DNA of 64,000 nt, from sequence record OR567511.1, one strand, 5' to 3'. The position numbers and the translations under genes were made by a program. Under the pieces are notes generated by a model. That model saw only the letters and a program-made list of their open reading frames with translations. It was not told where the DNA came from and did no database searches. Position 1 is the stretch's first letter; the number at the start of each line of letters is the position of its first letter. Source of the DNA: Enterobacter phage vB_Ent31. Positions 52,501 through 61,800 of the stretch are shown one piece after another.

Positions 52501-52847
52501 TATTTTCCTGGACGAAAGAAGATTTCACGGCCTTGTTTATCAAACCGACCAAAAACAGTCATCGTATTACCAGTGATGACTACATTACCTTTAGCAATAT
52601 GATGAATTGTTTGACGAGTGTTCATCATAATTTTAACACCTAATCCGCGAGCAATTCTGATGCCTTCATCAGCTGCCCAAGTGTCATTGATTTCTACATC
52701 AATACGATACAAGCCATGAGGAATTGTTTTGTATAACTCAGGCTTTCGCTTATATTGCTCAATAGTAGGAGCATTACCCTCGATTACTAAAGCCCAATTC
52801 TTTTGGGCTTCTTCTTGTAACAGAGTCAAATGATTATTGATTTTCAT
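52500..52847 (-). CDS. hypothetical protein (about 115 aa)
   Basis: Start is reassigned to MKINNHLTLL at 52847 with GGAAGA upstream. Confidence 0.45.
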   Translation of the reverse strand: MKINNHLTLLQEEAQKNWALVIEGNAPTIEQYKRKPELYKTIPHGLYRIDVEINDTWAADEGIRIARGLGVKIMMNTRQTIHHIAKGNVVITGNTMTVFGRFDKQGREIFFRPGK

Positions 52848-53154
52848 ATTGTTCTTCCAACGGATTGAAGAATACTTGACTTCCGCTTTTAAAGAAGTCT
52901 CCAATCATTGTAACATAGCCATTTGAAAAGCTAACATTACCATTCATTGAAGCAAGTAGCACTGATTTCATTGAACGACAAAGTTCAATTGGATTATTTC
53001 CATTGCTGTCATAGATAGTGTACTCTGCATTACGATATTCTCTGATATCTTCAATTGCAAAAGACAACTCGTACACCCCGTGAACTTTGTTCCAGTTTTT
53101 CCATTTCTTTTGAGTCTTGTACGCTTCTAACAGACGAAGATTATACCCTTTCAT
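52834..53154 (-). CDS. hypothetical protein (106 aa)
   Basis: Coupled to frd. Confidence 0.45.
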   Translation of the reverse strand: MKGYNLRLLEAYKTQKKWKNWNKVHGVYELSFAIEDIREYRNAEYTIYDSNGNNPIELCRSMKSVLLASMNGNVSFSNGYVTMIGDFFKSGSQVFFNPLEEQYENQ

Positions 53155-53734
53155 AGACCGTCTCCGTCAGTGAAGTAAGTTCATCACAACGAACCCAAGA
53201 CGTTTCTACCATTTGAAACGCATTTTCCCATGCCGGATATGAAATAAAGCTCATGTCCAGAGTGACATCAGAGTTAACCCGATGTTTCTTCTGTATTGAC
53301 GTTTGGACAATACGGTCTGCGTATGGCTGAGCCGTCTCTAGAATCCTCTTGCCACCAATAACTGAATAATCGTGGTCTGGATTGAAAGTAATTGTACTAT
53401 TATAGGAAGTCTGTGCAGCCATAATATCGCCGCCTAAGAATCCAATGAATTCAAGCTCACTTACATAAGCATCGGCAAAGAATCCATTTTTAGCAGTTGC
53501 TAATGGACGAGACATATCTTGAACAACAATAGACTTACGTCCTGAAAGTGGCTCTGGGAAACTCATGAAAGTTTTTGCTCCCATGATGAGAGTTGTATCT
53601 TTAGTGCGTTTTGCAAAGTTTTGCATGTCGCGCTTGATATGACCCCACGGCAAGCCGTCTTTAAGACCAAAAGCATATTCGTTTTGACCATCAACTGTCT
53701 TGGTTCCACAATAAGCATATACAAGTTGTAGCAT
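53141..53734 (-). CDS. frd: dihydrofolate reductase
   Basis: 197 aa. MLQLVYAYCGTKT...GLPWGHIKRD is DHFR-like and matches T4 Frd (from memory). Confidence 0.9.
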   Translation of the reverse strand: MLQLVYAYCGTKTVDGQNEYAFGLKDGLPWGHIKRDMQNFAKRTKDTTLIMGAKTFMSFPEPLSGRKSIVVQDMSRPLATAKNGFFADAYVSELEFIGFLGGDIMAAQTSYNSTITFNPDHDYSVIGGKRILETAQPYADRIVQTSIQKKHRVNSDVTLDMSFISYPAWENAFQMVETSWVRCDELTSLTETVYERV

Positions 53735-53976
53735 TACAATAATCCTTTTTCTTCAATAAATGCAATATCATCTGGGTCTATACCATAATCCATATCTTCA
53801 CCAGGCTTCACAAAGCTAAAGTGACCATCCTCTTCGCAAAGTTCTGCTTGGAAAATAGAACCCCATTTGTCTTCAAGAACCAAAAGTCCGCTGTAATGTT
53901 TGCTTTTCATCATTAGTCCAAGCTCATGAGCGGTTTTATATTCAAATTCTTTTAATTCAATATTTTTACGTTTCAT
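53734..53976 (-). CDS. hypothetical protein (about 80 aa)
   Basis: Start probably MKRKNIELKEF. Confidence 0.4.
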   Translation of the reverse strand: MKRKNIELKEFEYKTAHELGLMMKSKHYSGLLVLEDKWGSIFQAELCEEDGHFSFVKPGEDMDYGIDPDDIAFIEEKGLL

Positions 53977-54073
53977 TAACCCTGCCTCATTCCACATTTG
54001 ATACAGCGACCACCAGCGAACATCAGATTAGTCCCGCAATACTTGCATTCCCAATCAGAAAGAATTTTTATCA
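53976..54073 (-). CDS. putative 32-aa zinc-ribbon peptide
   Basis: MIKILSDWECKYCGTNLMFAGGRCIKCGMRQG has two CxxC pairs. Weak RBS. Confidence 0.3.
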
Positions 54074-54381
54074 TGGCCAGCCGCCTTAACCAAGCTACGA
54101 AGCATTTCCATTCCACCTTCAACTGCTCCGGCGAGTTCTTCAAACGCTGGTTTAGTGAAGATAAACGCGGCACCTACTTTCTGGCGCTTTAGATAACCGT
54201 TAATGACTTGGTCATCAAGTGGGAATGTTCCATAGCCAGTCTCAATTACACCATTAACCTGGTTGCCGCGAGAATGTGGGTCATACTCCATAGTAATCCA
54301 AGATACACCCGGAAAATTATCGAATTGACAACGTACTTTAACTTTAGGGTAACCAGTTACGTGGAAGCTAGATTTAGACAT
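54055..54381 (-). CDS. hypothetical protein (108 aa)
   Basis: AAGGAG RBS. Confidence 0.5.
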   Translation of the reverse strand: MSKSSFHVTGYPKVKVRCQFDNFPGVSWITMEYDPHSRGNQVNGVIETGYGTFPLDDQVINGYLKRQKVGAAFIFTKPAFEELAGAVEGGMEMLRSLVKAAGHDKNSF

Positions 54382-54665
54382 TATTTTGGCTCCTTTTTAG
54401 CAATTTTCCAGGCAGCTTTGAAAGCTTCGACTTCAGAAATTTCAATCCAAAAACCGCTACCAAAGCCATCATCATAGCAGGGACAGCCATCGCAGTAATG
54501 GTCCCAAGTAAGTACCAGACCATCACCACGAACAGCACCAGTTTCCATTTCGCGAAGGCGGTCTTCAGCAGCTTCAATAGCTTCCGGGTCATTCCCTTCG
54601 ATGATAAAGTACCATTTGCCATTGTATTCACTTCCGAGTTTAATTGATTGACGTTGAAGTTTCAT
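54381..54665 (-). CDS. hypothetical Cys-rich protein (94 aa)
   Basis: Start is reassigned to MKLQRQ at 54665 with an AAGGAGAA RBS. Contains ...HYCDGCPCYDDGFG.... Confidence 0.5.
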   Translation of the reverse strand: MKLQRQSIKLGSEYNGKWYFIIEGNDPEAIEAAEDRLREMETGAVRGDGLVLTWDHYCDGCPCYDDGFGSGFWIEISEVEAFKAAWKIAKKEPK

Positions 54666-54686
54666 TTTATTCTCCTTTGTTTTGAT

Positions 54687-54727
54687 AGGGCTATAGTAAC
54701 ACACTATAGCCCTGATGTAAACGGTTA
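54687..54727 (-). promoter_or_regulatory. PeSL-like cassette with stem-loop (GGGCTATAGT/ACTATAGCCC) plus early-type promoter
   Basis: Perfect 10-bp stem flanks AACACA, followed by GATGTAAACGGTTAG. Confidence 0.45.
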
Positions 54728-54973
54728 GTCGTCTACTTTTAGCAACTTTTTGAAAGCATCAAATGATTTCATGTGCTTTGGTTCAAGATACACATGCTTA
54801 ACCATCTTGCCTTCGAGGGAGAAGACTTCAACTACCATGTCATAACACTCGTCTTCAACGAGATGCATGCATTTTGGAGTACAAGCTTTGTCAAACAACT
54901 GAACTAAATTGTTGCCAGCCCAAATGTTTTTGCTGCCGTCATAGCTATAATCTTCAGAAAGAACATAAAACAT
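54725..54973 (-). CDS. hypothetical protein (82 aa)
   Basis: Start is reassigned to MFYVLSEDY with GGAGAT upstream. Confidence 0.45.
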   Translation of the reverse strand: MFYVLSEDYSYDGSKNIWAGNNLVQLFDKACTPKCMHLVEDECYDMVVEVFSLEGKMVKHVYLEPKHMKSFDAFKKLLKVDD

Positions 54974-54986
54974 TTTAATCTCCAAA

Positions 54987-55000
54987 GGGCCCGAAGGCCC
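54987..55000 (-). terminator. GGGCCCGAAGGCCC hairpin
   Basis: Third copy of the identical 14-mer. Confidence 0.4.
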
Positions 55001-55005
55001 CATTA

Positions 55006-55278
55006 TTAAGCGGTGTAATCTTCCACCATTTCCATGATGTATTCATAATCTTCTTCGTCTTGGGCATAAAAATCTTTAACCCAAAGACCGATGTCTACTT
55101 GATGACCAATTAATTTAATTTCTGGCCATCCGCCGCCTTGACCACTTTCATTTACAACTTCAAATTTCAAACCACTAAATGGACTATTGAAACGAGAGCC
55201 ATCATCAAACTCTAAATCAACTACTTTACCGTTTTCTTTAACGAGATCGCATACAATGTCAATTACAAGTTGTTTCAT
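55006..55278 (-). CDS. hypothetical acidic protein (90 aa)
   Basis: ORF. Confidence 0.45.
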   Translation of the reverse strand: MKQLVIDIVCDLVKENGKVVDLEFDDGSRFNSPFSGLKFEVVNESGQGGGWPEIKLIGHQVDIGLWVKDFYAQDEEDYEYIMEMVEDYTA

Positions 55279-55307
55279 TTTGATTTACTCTCTGTTGTTT
55301 TGATAGT

Positions 55308-55346
55308 GCTATAATACCACATCCATGTGGTGATGTAAACGGTTAG
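55308..55346 (-). promoter_or_regulatory. conserved early-type promoter cassette
   Basis: Plus strand reads GCTATAATACCAC...GATGTAAACGGTTAG. Confidence 0.4.
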
Positions 55347-55567
55347 TTGCAAATTTCAGAAATAGTGTCAGCCAAGAATTCGCCAGTTTCGTCAGCGCCT
55401 ACGCAGTAAGATTCAGTTAAGAATTTTACAATTTTCTCACGAGGACCGAATACTTTGTATTCATATCCCCATTCTACATCGCCTGCTAATTCACAGTTTA
55501 GACCGAATTTTTCAACTTCAGCTTCAAAATGTTCTTCATCTGCAACGCCGAGATAGATATGTGCCAT
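55343..55567 (-). CDS. hypothetical acidic protein (74 aa)
   Basis: ORF. Confidence 0.45.
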   Translation of the reverse strand: MAHIYLGVADEEHFEAEVEKFGLNCELAGDVEWGYEYKVFGPREKIVKFLTESYCVGADETGEFLADTISEICN

Positions 55568-55598
55568 TTTGTTTTACTCCGTTTAGTTGGTGTAAGAG

Positions 55599-55633
55599 TA
55601 TAGTAACACAGCTTAAAGCGGATGTAAACGGCA
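55599..55633 (-). promoter_or_regulatory. conserved early-type promoter cassette (variant GTAAACGGCAG)
   Basis: Plus strand reads GTATAGTAACACAG...GGATGTAAACGGC. Confidence 0.35.
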
Positions 55634-55637
55634 GAAT

Positions 55638-55701
55638 TAACGTAACGTAAAAGTTACTTTAGGTGGGAATTGGGAGGTTAATGTAACGTAAAAGTTACTT
55701 A
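55638..55701. repeat. two 23-nt direct repeats (22/23 identical), each with palindromic core GTAACGTAAAAGTTAC, 41 nt apart
   Basis: Copies at 55638-55660 and 55679-55701. Confidence 0.6.
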
Positions 55702-55715
55702 GTTCAAAAACAACA

Positions 55716-55742
55716 AAAGGAGCCCGAAGGCTCCTTCTTTTT
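55716..55742 (-). terminator. GGAGCCCGAAGGCTCC hairpin after gene 32
   Basis: 7-bp stem flanked by A-tracts and T-tracts. Confidence 0.5.
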
Positions 55743-55743
55743 A

Positions 55744-56664
55744 TTACAGACCATTCAGCAGTTCGTCGAGGTCTTCATCACCGCTGGAAGCAGAACCGCC
55801 AGTTTCCATGAAGTCTTCAGCTGGTGCTGATTTCTGAGAACCTGCATTAAAGTTAGCGAGGTCATCTTCAAAGTTTTCCAGGTCTTCACCAACCTTATCA
55901 GCCTGAGCAGAAGCGCGAGACGCGGCAGTACCCATAGCAGCTGTACCCATAACCTGAAGGAATTTCTTCTGGTTATCTTCGAAAGATTTGAACTGGTCTT
56001 TCGCAGTCAGAGTAGACAGGTCAACCATTTGTTCCTGCAGCTGTGCTTGATAAGCTTCATCTTCGATGTTAGGAATCTCAGATTGGCCAAGGAACTTGGA
56101 TTCATCATAGTTGCTGAAACCAGATACTTTCTTAACTTTCAGAACGAAGTTAGCACCTTCAAACGCACAAGTTACGTCGATTGGAGTTTCGCCCATTTCA
56201 ACGTCAACGGCAACCATTGCATTGATTTTGTCCCAAATTTTCTTACCGAAACGATATTTGAAGACTTTACCTTCGTTTTCTGGAGCAGCCGGGTCTTTAA
56301 CAACCAGGATGTTCGCGTAGTAAGAAGTTTTGCGTTTCAACAGCTTGTATTCTTCGTTGTTGGTGTTATATGAATCATTCTTGGACAGATATTGACATAC
56401 TGGGCAAGAATCATAATCACCGTGGGTAGAAGTACAGTTTTCAATGTACCATTTACCACCTTTCTTGAAGCCGTGATTCACCAAAACAGCGAATGGTACG
56501 CCTTCATCACCTTTACCTGGCAGGAAACGGATGACCGCTTGACCGTTACCAGCATTATCCAACTTCAGTTTCCATTCACCTTTATCTTCGGAATTGAAAC
56601 CTTTAGAACCAGACAGGGAAGCCAGTTGGGAAGCCAGGGCAGCAGGATTTTTACGCTTAAACAT
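55744..56664 (-). CDS. 32: single-stranded DNA-binding protein gp32
   Basis: 306 aa. Near-identical to T4 gp32 (from memory), for example [29 protein letters not shown] and the acidic C-terminus. Confidence 0.95.
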   Translation of the reverse strand: MFKRKNPAALASQLASLSGSKGFNSEDKGEWKLKLDNAGNGQAVIRFLPGKGDEGVPFAVLVNHGFKKGGKWYIENCTSTHGDYDSCPVCQYLSKNDSYNTNNEEYKLLKRKTSYYANILVVKDPAAPENEGKVFKYRFGKKIWDKINAMVAVDVEMGETPIDVTCAFEGANFVLKVKKVSGFSNYDESKFLGQSEIPNIEDEAYQAQLQEQMVDLSTLTAKDQFKSFEDNQKKFLQVMGTAAMGTAASRASAQADKVGEDLENFEDDLANFNAGSQKSAPAEDFMETGGSASSGDEDLDELLNGL

Positions 56665-56674
56665 AGATTTTACC

Positions 56675-57328
56675 TTAATATTTACAGTTTTTGACAGTTT
56701 TTATGAACAGTTGTTTTGCTTCTTCGCGGTCAACATTAAGTATCTTTCGATACGCATGTAACTTTGTAGAGTAGTTTGACCAGACCAGATTATCGGTTGC
56801 TTGGTCATGTTTATTTATAATGTCCAGAAACGAGTCCAGAATTATAAAAGTCTCGAAAGAGATGATATTACTTTGAAGTAATTTGAATATGTATGACGAG
56901 TTAACCTTATCATTATAATCAAATAATTCATTAAGCGATTTAACTTCAACTTTCTTGCTGAAATAGTAAATATTGCGAACATCTTCTTCGAAGTTCGACT
57001 TGATTAATTTCAGCTTACCAATATATTCACGATAAAACACTAACGCATCTGCATCAGAAATTTCACCAATCCAAGCGTCCTGGTTAGCTACCAGGTTACT
57101 GATGAATATCAAGGTCAATTCTTTTAATGTGTATTTCTCAGATAACTTCTTGAAGAAGTATTTGTCACGACGTTTATCGTAAGCCTTATCTGATACTCGC
57201 ATGCACCAGTTGTACTTGACAACATCATATCGACCGTTGAAGTGATTCTTCAACATCAAGTACAACTTGTACACAGACTTACCGTCGATATATCGTCCAC
57301 CATTTGGTGGCATGCGCAATTTAATCAT
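56675..57328 (-). CDS. 59: helicase loader gp59
   Basis: 217 aa. [22 protein letters not shown] is near-identical to T4 gp59 (from memory). Confidence 0.9.
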   Translation of the reverse strand: MIKLRMPPNGGRYIDGKSVYKLYLMLKNHFNGRYDVVKYNWCMRVSDKAYDKRRDKYFFKKLSEKYTLKELTLIFISNLVANQDAWIGEISDADALVFYREYIGKLKLIKSNFEEDVRNIYYFSKKVEVKSLNELFDYNDKVNSSYIFKLLQSNIISFETFIILDSFLDIINKHDQATDNLVWSNYSTKLHAYRKILNVDREEAKQLFIKTVKNCKY

Positions 57329-57624
57329 AACAGGAAATCGAGTGTATTTGTCTTTTGCTGTTTACTAAAGGATGGACGCAATAAATTATCGTCCAATGCT
57401 TCGCTCATAATCTTTTCAATTATATTACCAGGAATATATTTAGCGAATGCAGTTTCAGGGAAAGAATTTTCTTCTAACCAGTGTGTAGCAGCTTCAAGAT
57501 AACTCATTCCATGTTCATTAACTAAAGCTTCGATAGCGAAGCCATTGTTCTGTTTATCTACTAATGTAGTAACAGAATCCGGCTTTTCAGCCGGAGTTTC
57601 ATCATTTAGGGAAAACAGTGTCAT
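57325..57624 (-). CDS. 33: late transcription co-activator gp33
   Basis: Start is reassigned to MTLFSLND. C-terminal KTNTLDFLL matches T4 gp33 (from memory). Confidence 0.75.
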   Translation of the reverse strand: MTLFSLNDETPAEKPDSVTTLVDKQNNGFAIEALVNEHGMSYLEAATHWLEENSFPETAFAKYIPGNIIEKIMSEALDDNLLRPSFSKQQKTNTLDFLL

Positions 57625-57877
57625 ACAGCTCAATCGCCTCTTCAGTTTCGGCTTCAAATTCATCACGAGCAGATTTGAAGTACAGAGTCAGCAGTCGGTT
57701 AAACATCTTACCGTCAACGCCAAGTTCATCTTTAGCGCGGTCACGAATGTCTTTGATTAGAACCTGGAAACCAGAGATTTTCAGTTTATGGTCAGCAGCT
57801 TCAACAATTAGTTTCTTGAGGTCAGCACCATGTACTGCTTCGTCAAATTCAACTGGTTCTTTCTTTTCTTTAGCCAT
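57602..57877 (-). CDS. dsbA: dsDNA-binding protein DsbA
   Basis: 91 aa, directly upstream of gene 33. Confidence 0.7.
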   Translation of the reverse strand: MAKEKKEPVEFDEAVHGADLKKLIVEAADHKLKISGFQVLIKDIRDRAKDELGVDGKMFNRLLTLYFKSARDEFEAETEEAIELYDTVFPK

Positions 57878-57884
57878 AATTTCC

Positions 57885-58808
57885 TCAGAAATCGTTAACG
57901 TTTTTGGTTAATTTTGAAAGTCCTGATTTCACGAAGTAAGGATAGATTTTACCGCGTGGAGGTACTTTATAAGAGTTATAATAATCTAGAATTTGATTAG
58001 CAATATCTTCTGGAATATAATCGAAGTCGATAAGCACTCGGTTTTCATAAAACCGTTTGAGCTGCTCGCCTTCAAGAATAGTTGTGATATCTTCAGCGTC
58101 ACAACACTGTTCAACAAATGCAGTTTTAGTTGGTGGAGTACGTTCACCATCTACGCGAGTGTACCAGAAGTCAGAACGCACAGTAATTGCTGCTACGTTA
58201 TCTTTCTTATCGCCTTTAACTACTTTCATCATACAATCAAGTGCAGGAGAACCTGTCTTCGCTTTAACAAATTTCTTCTGCATTGGAGACCACTGAGTTA
58301 CATTCGGATATTTGTGCAACTGAGTAAAGTCACCATCCGATGAAACGATAAGTACTTTATTACCTTCTAACGAAAGCTTTTTAGTAAGGACCGCAATATG
58401 GTCATCCGCTTCCATTTTATCGATATTCATCATATGATAAGGCATGTACTTTTCAAATTCTTCAATTACAGTACGAATACCTTCGAAGTAACCTTCCCAG
58501 TCCCATTCAGATTCTTCGCGGCCATCTGCACGGTTCTTTTTGTAGTAATAAGCTTTATCGCGACGCCAATAACCTGACTTAGCATTATCACAACAAATAA
58601 TCACCTTGTTGTAACCATCTTTACGGAATTTGAATGCGTTAAATTTCAGAGTGCTCAATACCAGATGACGAAGCATCGGAGTAGTGATTTTCTCTTTATC
58701 TTTGAAGGTGTGCATCGCCGTCGCCAATGCGATTTGAGACAAGTCGACTAGAATGTAACCATCTTTTACTTGGTCTTCTTCGTCGAACAGACAGTTTAAA
58801 TTAGACAT
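57885..58808 (-). CDS. rnh: RNase H (5'-3' exonuclease/flap endonuclease)
   Basis: Start at MSNLN with GAGGT upstream. Collinear with T4 RNase H (from memory): GYWRRD.AYYYKKNR and DDHIAVL. Confidence 0.9.
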   Translation of the reverse strand: MSNLNCLFDEEDQVKDGYILVDLSQIALATAMHTFKDKEKITTPMLRHLVLSTLKFNAFKFRKDGYNKVIICCDNAKSGYWRRDKAYYYKKNRADGREESEWDWEGYFEGIRTVIEEFEKYMPYHMMNIDKMEADDHIAVLTKKLSLEGNKVLIVSSDGDFTQLHKYPNVTQWSPMQKKFVKAKTGSPALDCMMKVVKGDKKDNVAAITVRSDFWYTRVDGERTPPTKTAFVEQCCDAEDITTILEGEQLKRFYENRVLIDFDYIPEDIANQILDYYNSYKVPPRGKIYPYFVKSGLSKLTKNVNDF

Positions 58809-58839
58809 TAGAACCTCGTTCATTTAGTAACAGAGTCAT

Positions 58840-58847
58840 TATAAATA
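58840..58847 (+). promoter_or_regulatory. late promoter motif TATAAATA upstream of gene 34
   Basis: Exact motif 31 nt upstream of the ATG at 58878. Confidence 0.45.
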
Positions 58848-58877
58848 AGTTCTATAATAGCAAATAGGAGCACCATT

Positions 58878-61800
58878 ATGGCAGATTCAATCAAACGCAA
58901 GTTTCGTGGCGCTGACGGCTTCGATGCTGCGGGTGAAAAAATAGTCAACGTTGCTACTGCTGACCGCACGGTGTTATCCGATGGCGTCAACGTTGAATTC
59001 CTTATCCAAGAAAACACATTACAACAGTATGATTCTACTCGTGGTTACACTTCCGGTTTCGCAGTAATTTACGACAACCGCATTTGGGTTTCAAATCGTG
59101 ATATTGCAAAACCTGCTGGCAATTTTAATGAGCTTTATTGGACTTCGGTTCGTACCGACGCAAAATGGCGTGTAGTTTCAAGCGGAACAACAATTTTAAA
59201 ATCAGGTGAATTTATTTCTGTCGATACCGCAAAAGGTAATGACATGATTTTCACTTTACCAAATAATCCGCAAGATGGTGATACAATTATGCTGAAGGAT
59301 ATCGGTAATAAAACCGGTACCGTTGGTGTAACTATCAACGCATCTATTCAAGACATTGTGTTGCGTGGCCCTACGAATAAAGTTCGCTCAGTCAAAATGA
59401 CTCATCCACTGTCTCAATATGTGTTTGTGTTCAGCAATAGATTGTGGAATCTTTACGTTTCTGATTACGAACGAGTTGCTCGTATTGTAACACCAAGCGC
59501 AGTTGTTCAAGCTCAATCTAACGACTTTATAGTTCGCAGATATACTTCTCCAGACCCAATCCGTGTTACTTTGCCTAAACATGCAAACACTGGAGATATC
59601 ATCAACTTTACTGACCTTGATGGAAAGAACCCTCAATTCCATATGATTGTTAGTACTTTCGATGATAACACCAATATCGGTACTGTTGGTCAAAAATCTA
59701 TAGAGGTTCGTACTTCTGGTGACGGATTCATTGTATATGATGAATCAGAGTCAATCTGGAGAATCTGGGAAGGCGACTTACGTCCGCGCATGCGTGTGAT
59801 CACCGACAACGTAACTTTAATTCCAAACGAGGTTGTTACTGTTTTTGGTGTAAATAACAGCACTCAGAAAACTATTGATATAACTTTACCTACTGATATT
59901 GCTATTGGCGATACTGTCACTATTGCAATGAATTATATGCGCAAAGGACAGAAAGTAAATATCAGAGCAGCTACTGGAGATAAAATTGCTTCAAGTCTTC
60001 AATTACTGCAATTCCCTAAACGCTCAGAGTATCCGCCTGATACCACTTGGGTAATGAATGATGTTCTTACTTTTGATGGTACTACTTCTTATGTTCCAGT
60101 ATTGCAATTATCTTATATTGAACATGCTGGAAGTAAATACTGGATTGTTGCTGATAATGATCCGACCGTAGAGCGTGTTGACTCTAAAGATAACGAAACT
60201 CGTAAACGCTTAGGTGTTATTGCATTAGCAAGTCAAGACCAAGCAAATGTTGACCACGAAAATAATCCAGAAAAAGAGTTAGCAATTACTCCTCAAACTC
60301 TGGCAAACCGTGTTGCTACTAAAGTTCGTCGTGGTATTGCTCGTTTAGTTACTTTAACTGAAATCCAAGCTCTAACTCCTGGGCCGCATTTGGATGATGT
60401 TATTGTCACTCCTGCGATGCTGAATGAAAAAACAGCAACAGAAACTCGTCGTGGTGTTGCTGAAACTGCTACTCAAGCTGAAGCAAATGGTTCAACAGAC
60501 GATGAACGTATCATCACTCCGAAGAAGCTGCATAACCGTATTGCTTCTGAGATTTTGACTGGTATTCTTAAATTAGTCAGAACGACTGGAACTCTTGCGG
60601 GTATTGGACGTGATACTAAAGGTACTAACGTTTATGACTATGATAACAACATTGATGCGGTAACTCCAAAATCACTGTTCCAATTCAAGTCTACTGAGCA
60701 AGCTCAGGGCGGTGTTTATCTTGCAACTCAAAATGAAGTAATTGCCGGTGGTCCAGCTCAACCTGGTTTCCCAGTAGTTGTTACTCCACAAACACTTCAT
60801 GGTAAAACTTCAACTGATTCAAGAATCGGTTTGATTCAAATTGCTAAACAAGCTGAAGTAGATACTGGTACAGATTACACAAAAGCAGTTACTCCTAAAA
60901 CTCTGAATGACCGTAAGGCTCGTGAAGATTTAAGTGGTATTGCTGAAATTGCAACTCAGGTTGAATTTGATACCGGAACGGACGATACGCGTATCGTAAC
61001 TCCATTAAAGGTTAAAACTCGTTTCAATTCAACCGATAGAACATCTGTTGTTGCTCTGTCTGGATTAGTTGAGCAAGGAACCTTGTGGGACCATTATACA
61101 TTAGATATCAAAGAAGCATCTGAGACTCAGCGTGGTACTGCTGCTCTGGCCACTCAGGTACAAGTTGATGCTGGTACTGATGATAAGACGATTGTTACGC
61201 CTAAGAAATTGCATGCTAAGAAAGCTACTGAAACTACCGAAGGTATTATTCAAGTTGCTAACCAAGCTGAAACGGTAGCCGGTACTATTGCTAATAAAGC
61301 AGTTTCTCCTAAGAACTTTAAGTATGTTGTCCAAGAAGAAAAAACTTGGGAATCTACTATAGCTCAGCGTGGTTTCGTTAAATTATCAGAAAAAGCACTC
61401 ACCTTTAAGGGTGATACTTTAAATGGTTCTGGTCGTCTGCTTCCAGGTGATTTAATTAACGAACCCGCTTTAACAGATTTGCCTAAAGAAGGTTATGCAG
61501 TATCTCCATACGAGATGAACCGTGCTCTGCAATACTTCTTGCCGGCTAAAGCAAAAGCTGTTGATTCGGATTTACTGGATGGAATTGATTCAACTCAGTT
61601 TGTTCGCCGCGATATCGACCAAGTAGTTAATGGCAAAATTACATTCAAAAAGGATGTTACTCTAGAAGCTCCTCTGGTGTCCTCTAGTACGGCCAAATTC
61701 ACTACCGTGAATGCTACTATATCTGTTGATATTGGTGACACCCTGGGTAATTCTAGAATCAATTTGAATACTCTGGCGAATGGCTGGAACATTGAAACTC

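Noticed and set aside
52834-52904. 70-nt overlap of two ORFs suggesting a frameshifted single gene
   Set aside because: The true start of the downstream ORF is the ATG at 52847, preceded by GGAAGA. The overlap is then only 14 nt, which is ordinary gene coupling.
54374-54631. 85-aa hydrophobic minus-strand ORF
   Set aside because: It overlaps the 54381-54665 gene almost completely in another frame. The latter has a strong AAGGAG RBS.
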